Assembly: GCF_000181795.1 (NCBI RefSeq)
Contig: NW_003526940.1
Span: 540,336 to 604,335, forward strand
Direction of reading: 5' to 3'
Origin: Trichinella spiralis
Lineage: Eukaryota
DNA: 64,000 bases
This document shows, piece after piece, positions 25,643-39,741 of this stretch. A program made the position numbers and the translations under genes. The number at the start of each line of letters is the position of its first letter. Within the stretch, counting starts at the first letter, position 1. The notes under the pieces were generated by a model, which was given only the letters and a program-made list of their open reading frames with translations, did not search any database and was not told the origin of the DNA.

Positions 25643-26741
25643 CTGTCTACCATATTACCAATTGCTTGCAATCGAAAACCAACTTGCTATCTGAAAGGTT
25701 TGTAAATATAATTGATTGAACAAATAACGTAAGTGGCATTTACTCAACTACCATAAATGAAAAATAACAAAAACATACGAAACGTGAAATCAATTTCCAA
25801 AGCAGAAATGGAACGTTTATAACAAATATGAACAAATTTTCTGCAATATATTAAAACCGAAATTTGTAAAATTAATAAATTTAAACTTATGCACCATTTA
25901 ATAGGGAATAAATAAATAATTTAACTAGATAATGTCAAATTGGGAAGGAAAAATTTAAGCAAAAACTTAAAAATAAATTTCAATTTAAATTTTAAAAATA
26001 ATTCAAAAATCAACAAACATGCATTTAAAATACTTCACCACATACATTAAGCTGTTAAACAGCATCGTAAAATAGCACAACAACACCCTGCCATGCCGAA
26101 AAACAAAAGGAAATGAGCTTTTTATAGTAATATATCGTAAGCATTAATGATTTTCAAGATGAAATAGAAATTTTTCAATTTTTGAAGCAAAATATCATTT
26201 TTGCTAAAATAATTACATTTACCTCAAGTTATATTTATAAATTTCATAATTATTAACAGCATGAAATAAAGTTATAAAGAAATAAAAATACTGTAGTACT
26301 TTAAAAAATCCAAGCTTAGACCGGATAAAACAGCACTTTATCACTGTTTTTCCTACATTAATTTTAATTAATTACATTTTTTGGAAAAAAAAATAAACTT
26401 TTAGTAGTTTGAATTTAATCACATTCTTATTTCTAAGTATATGTTTAAAAATATAGAAATCTTACTTTATGATGATAAACAATTTACAATAGTTTGTATG
26501 TTCCGTTTCATCTGAACATTACTGTTGCTTGGTGCTGTTTTAATAAATTAAGCATTTTCCAAATTAAAATGTTTTTAAATTAATATTTTAAAAGTTTTAA
26601 ATTTAATTTTTTCAGTAATTAGTTTGTTTTACTTTAACCATAATGTATTGCTTAAATGTAGGGTCATTTATACTTAATTGATTAATTTTTTTTACAGTAG
26701 TGGAATAAAATTTTTGTATTTGTATCCGGTTGGCATTAGCC

Positions 26742-27937
26742 ATGAAATTGCTTGCGTCAGTTTATCATCCCCAGTTTCATTCATTCAGATTTATTAGAAA
26801 AGGTATGCATTTAAATATATGCTTGATGTTCATGCAACTTTGAACACTGACATTTTAACTAACGCAATTCGAAAAGTTTTTTTGATAAACTGAATAAAGA
26901 AGATCTTTTTTTCATAAATTGGCTTAACTGAGATTAATATAAATATATATTTATGAACTTTGAAATTATTTTTTATTTATTCTAAAAAATGAAAATTTGG
27001 CTGAGTTACATGTAAGATTATAGTGTTTTTTTTACATTTGCAGAGCATGTTTTTAGCACTGATATTGTTGAAAAGAATCGTTTTTTTCAGTAAATTTTAT
27101 TAATGAAGATTCAATAATGAAAATGCAGCGTATATTTGAGGATGGGAATGTGATGGAAGATTTTTCATTTCATTATGCATTTACACTGGGGACTATTTTT
27201 AATCAAGACTTTTCAACTTGTATTTATTGTATAGTAGTTTATTGAATTTACTTAATTTGAACAATAATTAATTGTTTACATTTTTAAACATTTTAATGTA
27301 AACTTTTACACTGTATCTTTAATTTGTTAAGATATTTATTTTTGTTGAGGTATAAAAGATTTTTAATTCACATTCAGTATTAACACTGATTAGTAGTTGA
27401 AAATTCCAGTTTGCTTAAAATTCTAGTCAATAATCGATATGCAGTTGCTTTCAATTAACTTTTCAGTTTTTGAAAAAATTGATGGAAACAACGTCACAGT
27501 TAGCACAGAAATATTGAAATCTGATGAAAGCAACTTCACCAGACAATTTCCGTCTCACCAAGATGGCTGCTCGCTGTGTCGTCTCGGTTTGGAACTTTCT
27601 TTCATGGTATTCGACATTGATTTTCATTCATATTTTTAGTATTGTTGAGTTCTATTTTAAGGATGTGCTTATTTTGCGTCAATTCATGCGTAATGACGGC
27701 ACAGTACTTCCTCAGCAACTGACCAAATTATGCACCAGGCAGCAACGGATTGTCGAAAGGCTTGTAATGCAAGCTCATTTATCTGGCTTATTTCCAACAT
27801 TGAAGCCGCGTGATTATGATTTCAAAACTGAAAGCGAAGGATACAAAGCTTTCAATCGATACTGGCGTCACCATGCAGATTTGTATTCAAGAAAATTGAC
27901 CGTCATTCCGGGAAGTTTTTATTATATAAAGCGATAG
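26742..27937 (+). CDS. Mitochondrial ribosomal protein S18 family (MRPS18A-like); exons 26742-26802, 27467-27606, 27662-27937
   Basis: Phase-compatible GT-AG introns; N-terminal presequence-like peptide; CSLC...DVLILRQFMRNDGTVLP..LTKLC.RQQR..ERLV.QAH.SGL S18 signature. Confidence 0.8.
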
Positions 27938-28166
27938 TAAATTTTACAGAGGCACTATTTCGACATTTCAAACATGATTAGGCAAACAAAATGCAAACCT
28001 ACAGTGTAGACGTTTAAAGCTGGATTTGAGAGAATACCACAGCTGAAAGCAAAAAGAAAATATTTATGCAATGGAAAATTTAGCCACAGTTAATTATTAT
28101 AATCAAAAAGTATCTATCTGTTAGGTGTAAATAATTAATGCATTGTGAAGCTTTTAAATTTGTTTT

Positions 28167-29121
28167 TCAGCCACGGTGAGCTCTTTCTTTGGGAAATATA
28201 AAAAATAGCGAAAGTTGAAAGACAGCCAACGCGATGCCAATCATATTTGGAATCTGAAATGGAACAATATACAGATTACAGTGTAAAAAATACTGCATAC
28301 AACAAACCTTGATGTAAGGATCGCTGACCAACAAGCCATACAAAAACCACTGAGCAGCGACAATTAAATTCGCTGCGCACAACGGTAACGGCAGACATTC
28401 ACAAGATTTTGTCTTAATCACTTCCTTCTGCAAAAGAAAAAAAATACTATTGCAACGACAGTAGATGCTTTTCCAATTCGAACTGTTTACCAGCACAGCT
28501 AACGGCGAAGCGAAGTTCAACACATTCAACACTAAGCACATTTTTCCAAGGTTGTTCAACGTTGTGTTGTGATTTGTGCTTTTCATCAAGTAATATTGCA
28601 ATGCTGAACAAGCCAAAATGCCCGCTAACATTATCAGATGTATGAAATTCTAGAATTGAAATTCGTAAATTTGACATTCAATTAATTAGCAATGAAATCC
28701 ATCCACAGACGGTGTACTTTTTGTTTCGAATGACTGTACAAAACCGCATAATAGAGAACTTGAAGAATGAATCCAACTAGATTAATTAAAACAATTGTTC
28801 GATCATGTTTCAGAATTCCATACTGCAGCCAAAAGAAACAACTATAAACAACACAAAAAACAGTTACGTCATCACAGATAGATGTGAATATTCACACACA
28901 CACCTTACGGCACACATGGCGAAAGGAACGGGCGAAACGCCTTCTGATGATTTTTTCCTAATTATGGATTTACACATCGGTCTAAAGAGATGGATGTTTG
29001 AAGCTGGATAAATATACAAATAATGAAAATACACTCACATGCCCACCAAGAACATTCCAATAGTGGAAAAGGTGGCTGATATTGACAACAAGTCGAGAAA
29101 TTGCAATTCCATGCTGGTCAT
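28167..29121 (-). CDS. SWEET / MtN3-saliva sugar transporter (SLC50A1/swt-1-like), multi-exon
   Basis: STIGMFLVGI, IIRKKSSEGVSPVPF, NFASPLAVL..VIKTKSCECLPLPL, WFLYGLLVSDPYI.IPNMIG: two MtN3 repeats. Confidence 0.85.
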
Positions 29122-31289
29122 TTGCTGCAAAATAAAGAAAAAGCTACACAGATTAATGATTGCTGTGAGTGAAAAAGAGAATTTTCAACAGCGCTGGTTG
29201 GTAATTTTGCATATAAAATATTCGCCAGGCGACAAACTGCGAAAACAACCCAACATCACATACAATGTAGAAGAAAATTATGCAGAGTTGTGTGGTTTGG
29301 TTGAAATGGAAACCAGATTTCCAAACGAATACAATTATTTAAAGCAATTTCGCACCTGAAACTGGCCAACATTTGTCAATTGGGCCACACCGCAGCACAA
29401 ATGTTCATGCAACAACAGAGCAAATTAAAACCGCTCATTGGTTAAGCAAAAAATATAAATAAAAATATTCCCGTCAAGCATACCGAATGAAAGCAGTGCT
29501 GCTTCAAGACAAAAAGAAAAATAATTCAACACACGCAAAATATACTGAACTGGCTGGTAGCTAACTATTGAGAATTTCATTAAAAAAGCAACTCCACTGA
29601 CAGTTGAATGAAATTGATTTGCATTTTCGAAGAAAGCAAAACACCAGTACACCGATAATTAGGAATAAATCAAACAAACAACCGGTATGTATTCTTTTGC
29701 TTTGAATGATAAGCAATTATTACAACGCGATATGACGCAATGAGCAACGGTGAAAAAATTCTGCACAATTCAGTTGTTGAAATGAGAAAAATTCACCATC
29801 AAATTAATAATTTGAAGAACAAAAGCAGCATTTGAAGAGTAGCATTAATTAACGATTTTCAAGAATAAATTCAAATTACAGTTATTATTTAAAAATTCAA
29901 TTTCATTTTTTGATGCATTTCAACCACAACCATTCATCTTCTTTTCAAAATTCATTTCAATTAATAACAATAAATAATTTTAAAAAATTATGCACATGAA
30001 AATTACATATTTAAAGAAAAAAAAATTTGAAAAAATGGAAAATTCATTTTTCAAATTATCAACTTCAATAATTTGCTCATATGAAATATCGAATGAATTA
30101 ATAAATACTGAAAAAAAATTTCGATTTAATCATCAAACATTTTTTTTATTACACAAATGCTCGTGGTAAACATTACTGTAAAAAACTTCTGTTCCTGACA
30201 ATCAAATAAAGGGATCTTATCCAATTTACACCATGAAATTCGAAGTTTTATTACTGCAGCAAGAACAGGCCCTAATTGGTCACCAGCAGTTATATTGACT
30301 GTACAAGTCAATTATAATCGAAAACCTCAATTCTTTACTGTTTTCAACGAGAATAAAATATACACCAGCATTAACTCTACTAGCAACAGAACCCAGATCT
30401 GTAAATTGAACATAAGTCACTTGAACAAAGGAAAAAATATCGAAATATCAAAATAATACATTTAATAAATATCAAAAAGTAACAGTAAACAAAATACAGA
30501 ATTCAAAACGATTCAAGTAGACAAAAGCGTCGTTAGGGTACAAAGGTAATATTTCAAAAGAGTTTCAAAGCGCTCTTCAGTCACCATAAACCAGTCAGAA
30601 ACTAGCTGCTGTGACAAAATGCCGCATGTCAAAGCAGAAAAAGGAATCGCTGCAGCGGTACGTCACAACAGCACAGAATAGCTTCAGAGTCCATAAAACA
30701 TGTGCGGTTGTCCACGTGAATACGTCTCTTTCAAGTGGTTACAGCACTGAATTGAAGCACATGTGTTTCGCTTGCCAGGGTCCTGTGATCAGGTTGCTTC
30801 GAACATTCTCCAAAGTTGAGTGACAGCACTTGACCACATTTTGTTCTGAACTGAAAGCGCATCTGGCAGCTGGCTGAAATAATTCGTGTTGGTACCTCAT
30901 AAAAAAGAGTATATTTACGAGGNCCAAAAAATANTTCGACCGGATGATGTAANGAAAATAATTTCTTCAGGCGAATATTCATTAAAAAAGTCGGCAATAA
31001 NAGCATTTACGACTTTCGCGCCGATCTGGCGCGGTTGTTGGATGAGGTCGAAAGTGGAGTCAGAACTCCTCACCGCCGCGTTCATGCACGCGCACCATGT
31101 TGATCGCCAGCTACGGGAAGCAAGCCAGAAGCAGATGATAAAACCTACTNCTGCCAGCTGCTAATATTTCAGGCGGTTTCAAANCTGCTGTGGATGTGCG
31201 GGCTGTTNTGCCTGTACATGCATACTNCTGATGATGGTTTTTCCCAAAAAAAATGGAAGGCGTCTCGTATNGACCTGTTTGGAANTAAG

Positions 31290-31530
31290 CAGGACTNTGA
31301 AAGAANACATTCATCCTCGTTTTGCCAACCNAATTCGTTTCCACCTTTTGGCCAAGCGGACGTTGAAAGATAACATCAAATCTGGTTTGGCCCCGCCCAA
31401 ATTCGTTCCACCTTTTGGCCAAGCCGGTCGAATAGAAGATACATCATCTGGTTTGCCGCCAATTCGTTCCGCTGTAGTCAAGCGGACTCGAAGATACATC
31501 NTCTGGTTTGCCGCCAATTCGTTCCACTCA
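31290..31530 (-). repeat. ~55-bp tandem minisatellite, ~4 copies (inverted counterpart of 11180-11337)
   Basis: Recurrent acatc..ctggtttg.cgccaattcgttcc unit; contains ambiguous bases. Confidence 0.75.
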
Positions 31531-32886
31531 AAAAATGAGAGAAGGGAAGAATGGCGTCGACTGGGTGAAATTGTAATTTCGTGAATTTGCAAAGGTGGAG
31601 TGCAGATCCATCAAACACAACGCTGCACATCTGACTTTCACCCATGTCCTAACAGACGGCGAAGTGGACACTATACCAAGTCTGGCCAGAGAGACTCGTC
31701 TCTAGTAATTTTCAACTTTCTCCATCATCGACGCAATGTCGCGTGATTGAGGCGTAGTCTGGATGATCTTGGCTGCTCTCCTTTAGGTGACACTAAGCTG
31801 GCCAATCCCTCAGAATGACTGCGGCCTGCTAGCCATTCCCACATATCTTGGCAAGTGTCAGGTAACCGCTTTCGATAAATCGCTATCAGCAATTAATTGT
31901 AGCGCACGTCCAGACATCAGCCGTTGCATGAATTTCGTGCTTGTCAGAGAATCCAAAGCAACCGCTTCATCCGGGCCCGTAAGCCGCAGAATTTCCGCTA
32001 GGTCCTTCAGAATGAAGAAACTCTGTGACGCCGTGTCGAAGAGAATGAAGACCACCTGCGACTATCCGCCCCATATACGTTCGTTTAATTTGTACGCTAC
32101 ACACGCTCAGCAACCAACTCTTCTAACTGCGTAGTCATTGGCAATCAGGATTGCTTTGTCGCACTGTCGAAATGTAAGAGATCACGGTGAGCAGCTCTGC
32201 ATCCTGCCACCATACATCTACGAACGGAGCTGCTGTCCGTTAACTGGTCATCCACGCTGCAAACAAGCGAAGCAGAGCCTCTTTTCAAATACCATGTCTT
32301 CTCTTAGGGGGTGCTGCTTTCGAGTAGCGGAAAGTGGCCCTCAATACGCGTTGACCACTTCACCGAAACATCTAAGAGGCCATAGAAATACGACGTATGT
32401 GCTCTTGTAACTGCAGCTCTGTTGCGGACATGGTATAAATTTGTCCTGATATATGGCTGTCTTTCACAGTTGATGAAGAATCAACCATCTTTTTCAATGA
32501 TTGTTTGATGCTCCTCACATCGCATTTCATTCAGGGAAGAACTGTGGATATATCAAGCATCCCATGCTACACAGTTCACTAAGGCCATGTTTGAAAGGCG
32601 ATTGAAATCATTGCTGTTGGTACCCCATAAAAACAGTAATTTTCGAGACCAAAAATACTCATCTATGATGTAAGAAATAAGTCTTCATCCATACGCATTA
32701 AAATGTCGTCATTTGTAATGCTGGTGCAAAACACTCGCCTGGCATGGGACCCACTTTTCACGCTTCTCTCGATGTCGTCGTGTTTCGCTTCTATCGCGCT
32801 TCCGCAAGTGCAGGTTTCTCGCTTTTCCGACTTCTATCATGATGGATACCATCCAAATCACTGAGACTCCAGCTCTGAGGACCAAA

Positions 32887-33135
32887 TATTGGAGACAAAA
32901 TTTAATTCGGTTTATCATATGAGGACTGTAGAAATCTCAGGACATCCAACTCGGTTATGACTACCCATTGTTGATTGTTTCGCCTTCATGAAGAATAGTG
33001 TGTCAGTCAAACTTTGTCGAATAATCGTACAGTTCATTCAATGCCTGACACAGACAAAACGCAACCAGCACACGCAAATTCATAAAGCAAACTGAGTACA
33101 ATTTGGCAAACACGCAACCTCTTACGTCACCAACA
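32887..33135 (-). repeat. 5' LTR (~249 bp) of the BEL/Pao element
   Basis: Begins TGTTGG and ends CCAATA (degenerate CCAACA); followed after 2 nt by TGGTCCTCAGAGCTGGA, close to the tRNA-Tyr-type primer-binding site TGGTCCTTCGAGCCGGA. Confidence 0.65.
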
Positions 33136-33906
33136 ATTTCTTACTGTAGTTACAGAAAAGTCAGGTTTGACCTGAATATAAAATGTCGGTGTTCCATCGT
33201 TAACAATAGTTTTACAATGAATGAAATTTAAATAATGGTTTGAAATATCAAAACAATTATATTTTAGTTTTATTTTATTGTTTTATAAATAGTATGATAA
33301 ATAAAATTTCAGAACCCAATTCATTTGGGTCACAATTTAAACGACTAACTGAACCTGACCATTAGTACAGTATCTTACAAAATTGAAGTGAAATGAATTT
33401 TTTAAACTGTTGCTTTCTTCTTTTGAAATATATTCTTTTAAATTCTGGTTAATGTTTTGGCACTTTATTTGTCTGCATCATTTGTTATGATTTTTTAAGC
33501 ATGTTGTTTTTTTTAGTTTTTACTTTTGTATGCATTGTAAGCTGTGCCTTTAATGATATCTTTGCACTTTTTTTATTTTTAAAATATTTTTGTTGTTATT
33601 TCTTTGCATTTTTTTGTCTAATAAGATATTTAGAATTTTGAAAAAATTAATTCGTATTTGTCGATAAGCTTACTGTTGGCACAATTTGATATTTAAAATT
33701 TGTTGTGTAGCTTCTATCACTGTACTAAAAGATGTTATCTTCATTTTATTTGTTGTTCTGTCGGTTTTTGTTTTAAATCGTATTAAGTAATATTCAAAAA
33801 TGTGATATTCAAGTTAAATAAATTTCATAATTTTTGAGTATTAATTTTTTTAATAAATCTTCAATTAGTTGACTTTTTTGCAGATTTTCTTTCGGCTGGT
33901 CTTAGA

Positions 33907-36900
33907 ATGCCAGAAACGAATGTGCGAGAGGAAAATCAGCTGCAAAGCGATACCGAAGAGGAAAATATTTCAAACGAAGCATTGAATAAAATTAACGAGA
34001 AAAGTCTTGTAGATGATGGTGCGACGGAACAGCACTTTTATGCTGTCATTAATGATGGTGAATGATGATTTGAATGCATTTTTATTTATCATGTAATGTT
34101 TTTTGTTTAAAGTTACCGTCCTTCAAAAAGAATTACCTCCTGCACCAGAGCCGCCTATAAAATGTGATGGAACAGGACCTCGTCTAATGATAAAAGAAAT
34201 ATGGATTGAAAATTTCAAATCTTACGCTGGTCGTCATGTCATTGGACCTTTTCACAAAGTTTGTTTTGTTCTGTTTATAATTATGAATGAAAGAAGTGTG
34301 ATTATAATGTTTCTTTATCGTATTTTCGGATGATTTATCCGTGATATTTATGCATTTCAAAGAGGATTGTAAATTGAAATTTTATCTTTTTATGTTTAAA
34401 AGCTTTTAAATGTTCCAGATTTTGTGAAAACTAGTGAAATTGGAAATTTGCTACCAGCATTCGATTGCATTTATTGTAAATCAGATTGCATTTTGGATAA
34501 ATAATTGTTGTAATGAAAACAAATTGTGGAAGTGATTTTTTATTTAGAGTTTTACCGCAATTGTTGGTCCGAATGGAAGTGGAAAATCGAATGTTATCGA
34601 TTCGTTGTTGTTCGTTTTTGGTTACCGTGCTCAAAGGATTCGGTCGAAAAAAATCAGCGTCCTAATTCACAACACAGCCGAACATGGTCACATGCGTTTC
34701 TGTAAAGTCGAGGTTCACTTTTGCTTGATTGTCGACCGTCCAGACGGCGGTTATGATATTGTTGGGGACAGTGAATTTGTCATTTCTCGAACCGCCCATC
34801 GTGATGGTACATCGGTTTACCAGATTGACAACAGTGTGGTTCGGTTTGCCCAAGTTGCAGAACGTCTGCAACAGTACGGTATTGATTTGAATCACAGTCG
34901 ATTTTTGATTCTACAAGTGAGCATTGTTTGGTTTTTCAATTTTTAACGTGCAGTGATGCAATTGTACAATTGTACAGGGAGAAGTTGAATTGATTTCGTT
35001 GATGAAAGCTAAAGGAGATGACAATGAACCAGGAATGTTGGAATATTTGGAAGATTTGATCGGATCGTCACGACTCAAACCATGCATACAAGAATTGCAG
35101 GAGAAAATCAACGAAGTGCAAGATGTCCAATGTGAAAGGGTAATTTCTATTCTTCTGGTGATTGGTGCATTTTTATTGGTCTCTTTTTAAGGCCAGCAAA
35201 TTGAAAAGGATCCAAACTGAGCAAACGAATTTGGAACCATCTAAAACAGATACAATATTTTATTTGCGTTTGCAAAACGAACAAATTCGCATTGAACATT
35301 TGAAAACTCAATTGAAATTGTAAATCTGTTTGTTATGCTTTTTGCTATTGATATGCAGTTGTTTGTTTGTTTGTTTGCTTGTTTTTTGCAGAATTAAACA
35401 AGAACAAGGATTGAAATTGCTGATCGAAAAACAAGAACAACTACAAGCTGAACACGATGAAATCAAAGATGCCGTGGAACAGCACAAACAGTTGGCGTTG
35501 ACTTCACAACGTGAATTGGATTCATTGAAAAAGTACATCATTTCTATGATGGGGAATGTGTGGGGGCAAGTGTTTGTTTTTTTGTGATATTTCAGGAAAA
35601 GAAGTGCTGCAGTAGCAGCAGCGGAAAATGCTCGTAATAAATTTTCACAATTTGAAAAAAATGCCGAAAAAGCGAAAAAAGATTTGTCCACTTTGCGTGT
35701 GGAGATTGAAAAAAAACAAAACTCACTGACCACTTACAAGGAGAAGGCAAGAAGAGATTTTGGATTATGTTTTTAGAAATTTTATTTTGCAATTAAATGT
35801 TGTTTTCTTTTCTCATACAGCTCGAAGAATTGAAGTTGAAGCGTGAGACGTGCTTGAAGACGATAAATGATTTGGATGCGGGGTTGCCGGAATTGAAGGC
35901 GACGCAAGTGGAATTGCAAGAGAATATCAAGGTGAAAATGGAAAGTGTTCAAAAAGATACTGCGGTAAGAATGCTCCAATAATTTGCATACTGCTGTAGA
36001 AACGCTGAAATGAACTAACGATGCATTTTTTTGTTGTTGTGGTGGTTTTTTTTTTAATTTTAAGGAAATGACAACAGAAATCAATACACTGACCAGTGAA
36101 TTGCAAAAGTTGAAACCACAGGAGAATGCAATTACTGCAAAAGTATGACAAAGTTTGGCATTGAAAAAAATAATAATCTTTTTTGATTTAGTTGAGAACA
36201 GCGCAGAATGAACTTTTAACACTGAAGTCACAGCATTCGGCTGGAGAAGAAAACATCGACGAGAAAAACAAAGTTTTGGATGAGCTGCTGCAATCAATCA
36301 AACAAGAAGAATTGTATGAATAAAAAATTTGTACATGTTTATGGTGGAATATTTGAAATTAAAAAAAATTTTCAATGCAGAAAATTTGAACGTTGTGAAA
36401 AGCAGTTGAATTCACTGGAGAGAGATGTGACGGCGAAAAAAGACGAATTGAATACGCTCATAGCGAAAGAAGCTTCGTTGATGGCGGATGTGAGTTGTTG
36501 TTGAGCTTGTGATGTGAGAATCTCGCGGTATGGGATGATATTATTAATGCAATTTTAGCTTCGTGATATGGAAAATAAAGACCAAGAGATGCGAATGCGA
36601 TTCAGCCAAGGCACCAGTCAGAACAAAATAGTTCAAGCGTTGATGTCGGAGAAGAGAATTGGAAAATTCAAAGGCTTCTATGGTCGTTTGGTAAGTCAGT
36701 TTTTATTGCTTATATCTGTTGTGTTTTCCTTTCGATATTAAAATTATTATTAAAAAAAATGTTTTTTGTTTTGAGGGTGATTTGGGTGGAATTGATCAGA
36801 AATATGACGTTGCTATTAGCACAGCGTGTCCTCAGTTGGACAGTTTTGTCACAGACACGATGGCAACAGCAACGGAATGTGTGGACTTTTTGAAAATGAG

Positions 36901-36980
36901 CAACTTGGGCAGAGCGACGTTCATTGCGTTGGATAAAATCAAAGATTGTGCCGATGCAATCAAACGACCGTTCACTGCGT

Positions 36981-37026
<46 letters not shown>

Positions 37027-39741
37027 TTATTTATATTTATTTATTTATTTATTTATTTAATTCTAATTTATCATTCAATGAACAATGCTAACGTTGAAAT
37101 TGTTCGCTTATTGGCACTCTTTTAGACCAAAAGGGTCGAAAAGATTGTTCGATCTTATTGTGGCTGAAGATGTGGACGTTTTGCCTGCATTTTACTTTGC
37201 CCTGCGCGACACTTTGGTCACCGAAACAGCCGAAGAAGCTCGAATAATTGGACTCAAGCAAGGGGTTCGACGTCGCGTTGTCTCTTTGGGTGGAATGTTG
37301 GTCGAAATGTCTGGTAAGTTTGTATTTTAATTGAAATTGTTGTATTTTGCACACAAAAAATTATAATCTCAGGCTCAATGACCGCCGGTGGAAAGCCGAT
37401 CAGCGGTCGGATGGGACGGACGGCCACTGCCCAGAAGGAAGTGATCACGTCGAAAGATCTGAAAGTAATTCAGGGGAAATTGGAAAAGATGCGCGACAGT
37501 CACGAGGCTGTGTTGGCTGAGAAAAATAACATGGTACGAACGGTTGAATCGTTGGATGGAAAATTCACGCAAGTGAAGCTGGAATACGAACAGCAGCGCA
37601 ATGCTTTGCAGGTGAAATTGCTAAATATATGATAAAATGATGTTCAACTAGGAGCTAGGCAGTGATCGAAGAGGTTCGCTTTTTTATACTTTGCCGCTCT
37701 AGATGTTCCGTGAACGAGAGGCAACGTTGAAGCGGGAACTGAAGCGGGCGAAGCAAATTCTCGATAGGTCAATATCCGCTGAGAATAGGATGTTGGATTT
37801 GGAAAGTGAAATTCAACAGCTAGAGAAAGGTAGTTGTCAGTCTGTCAGCAGTTTGGTGCTGCTGTATGGAAGTTGTATAAAAATTTGATTTTAGATTTAA
37901 ATGTGGAATTGAACAAGCAATCTTCGCTCAACACTGAATTGAACAAGTAAAAGGGCAAATTGATGAATGACTGTGAACCAATATGAGAGATTTAATTTTT
38001 TGCTTTATCCAGACTACAAGCGGAAGTTGCATCCGTGGCTGAACGCGCTGTCGGTTCTTTGAGAACACGTTTGGCGGATTGTGAACGAGAAATAAAATCT
38101 TATCAGAATAAGTTGAAGAAAGGCGACGTTGAAGCGAGAACAGCGGAAAAGTATATTTTAATTTTGCTATTTATTTATTTTTTAAAAATAATAATGTTTT
38201 TTTTATTATTTTAGAAATATTTCCACCACTGAGAAAGCACTGGAGAGGACTGTCAAAGAGATAAGTCAAGGCAAGAATAATATTGACAAATTGGAACAGC
38301 AGTTGGAGAAATTTGAAGTCCAAGCGGCGGAGTTCAAGGATCAAATAACCGAAGCAGAGGTTTGTAAATTCTATTTTCAAATCATTGAAACGATTGCAAT
38401 GTTGTTGTTGTTGTTTTTCAGGAAAATATGAAAAATATCATTAAAATAATGGAAGATGCGAAAAATGAAGCGGATACTTTGGGAAATAAAGTTCAAGAAT
38501 TGTCGAGTCGTTTGATCGACGTCAACGCAGCTTTGAAAGAAACTACTGCGAAAAGCACTAAAGGACGCCATGCTGTTTCTCGATTGAAAGATGATGTGAG
38601 TTGTTTGTTTGCTTCAGAAATAAATAATTTCAATACTGGATATTTGAATCTGTAGATAAAGAAGTTGAAGTTGAGTGACTTTTGTGGTCTATTTTCGTAT
38701 GAAAATGAGGATCATTTGAAATGTCATAATAATGAACGGCATGGATTTTCTGAAATTCGCTATTTTCCCTCTGATTGTTTTGGTCAGTTGGTTGTACCTC
38801 AAGAAGACGAGATAGATGCTGTGGACGAGGATGAATTAGAAAGCAGATTTTCGATGGTTGGCGGAATCATGAAAAGCATCAAACCAGACCTGGAAGCTCT
38901 CGAAGAATACAAAGAAAAGGTTAGATGTGTGTTTTTTCTTTTTGCAATTGAAAAAAAACTGTAATTTATTGTACTGTTTAGGCAGAAGCTTACAAAGTGG
39001 TTTATCAACAGGTGACTCAGGCTGATGAACTTCACAAGCAACTATTTGCTAAATTGGACGACGCAAAACGGCTCAGGCTCCATGAATTCATGTCCGCTTT
39101 GAGTGTGATTCGGGAAAAGTTGAAAGATATTTACAGGACGTTGACAAATGGCGGCGATGCAGATTTGGAATTGATCGACACGATGAATCCATTTATAGAC
39201 GGAGTCAATTATTCGTATTATAATTTTTTTTATTATTTGTATTTTAGAATTGACAGATATTGTATTTTTTGTAATGTTCGTTTGTCGTTTTCAGCGTACG
39301 ACCACCGAGGAAAACGTGGAAAGAGATGAGTCATTTGTCAGGCGGTGAAAAAACTCTCAGCTCTTTGTCCCTTGTATTTGCACTTCATGCTTACCGACCA
39401 ACTCCACTGTACGTGATGGACGAAATTGACGCGGCATTGGATTTTCGCAACGTCTCAATTGTGGGAAATTATGTTTCGGTATGTTGTGATTGGGTTTAAT
39501 TTTTAAAGTTGAAAAGCAAGAATTAATGCTTTCTTTATTGTAGAATCGAACCTCGAACGCGCAGTTCATTGTGATCTCGCTTCGGCCGCAGATGTTCGAA
39601 TTGGCGAAATTGCTCGTTGGAATATACAAAACTGACAATTGCACCAAATCGATCCCAATGGAACCGGCGATAATATTCGATCTCAGCAAAGATGCTGAAA
39701 GAAAATTGCCTGAAAACAATTCAACATTAGTTGATGTTTAA
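33907..39741 (+). CDS. smc-4: Structural maintenance of chromosomes protein 4 (condensin subunit), multi-exon
   Basis: PRLMIKEIWIENFKSYAG; Walker A IVGPNGSGKSNVIDSLLFVFG; hinge GRLGDLGGIDQKYDVAISTAC; C-terminal LSGGEKTLSSLSL...PTPLYVMDEIDAALDFRNVSIV. Confidence 0.95.
36985..37058 (+). repeat. Compound (TA)n(TTTA)n microsatellite in an SMC4 intron
   Basis: Direct reading of the sequence. Confidence 0.9.

Larger units (their letters stand above)
30025..33135 (-). mobile_element. Degenerate BEL/Pao LTR retrotransposon (5' LTR, PBS, gag zinc knuckles, aspartic protease, deleted RT/integrase region) plus shared AT-rich flank
   Basis: Minus strand: LTR 33135-32887, PBS 32884-32868, gag motifs EKRLCFACLQRG and RRCMVAGCRAAHRDLLH (~32290-32175), protease LFDTASQSFFI (~32045), and RT-start motif WYSVHFAV...VVFDGSA (~31680-31600). 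Low-quality 'n' bases lie in 30900-31500. Confidence 0.8.
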
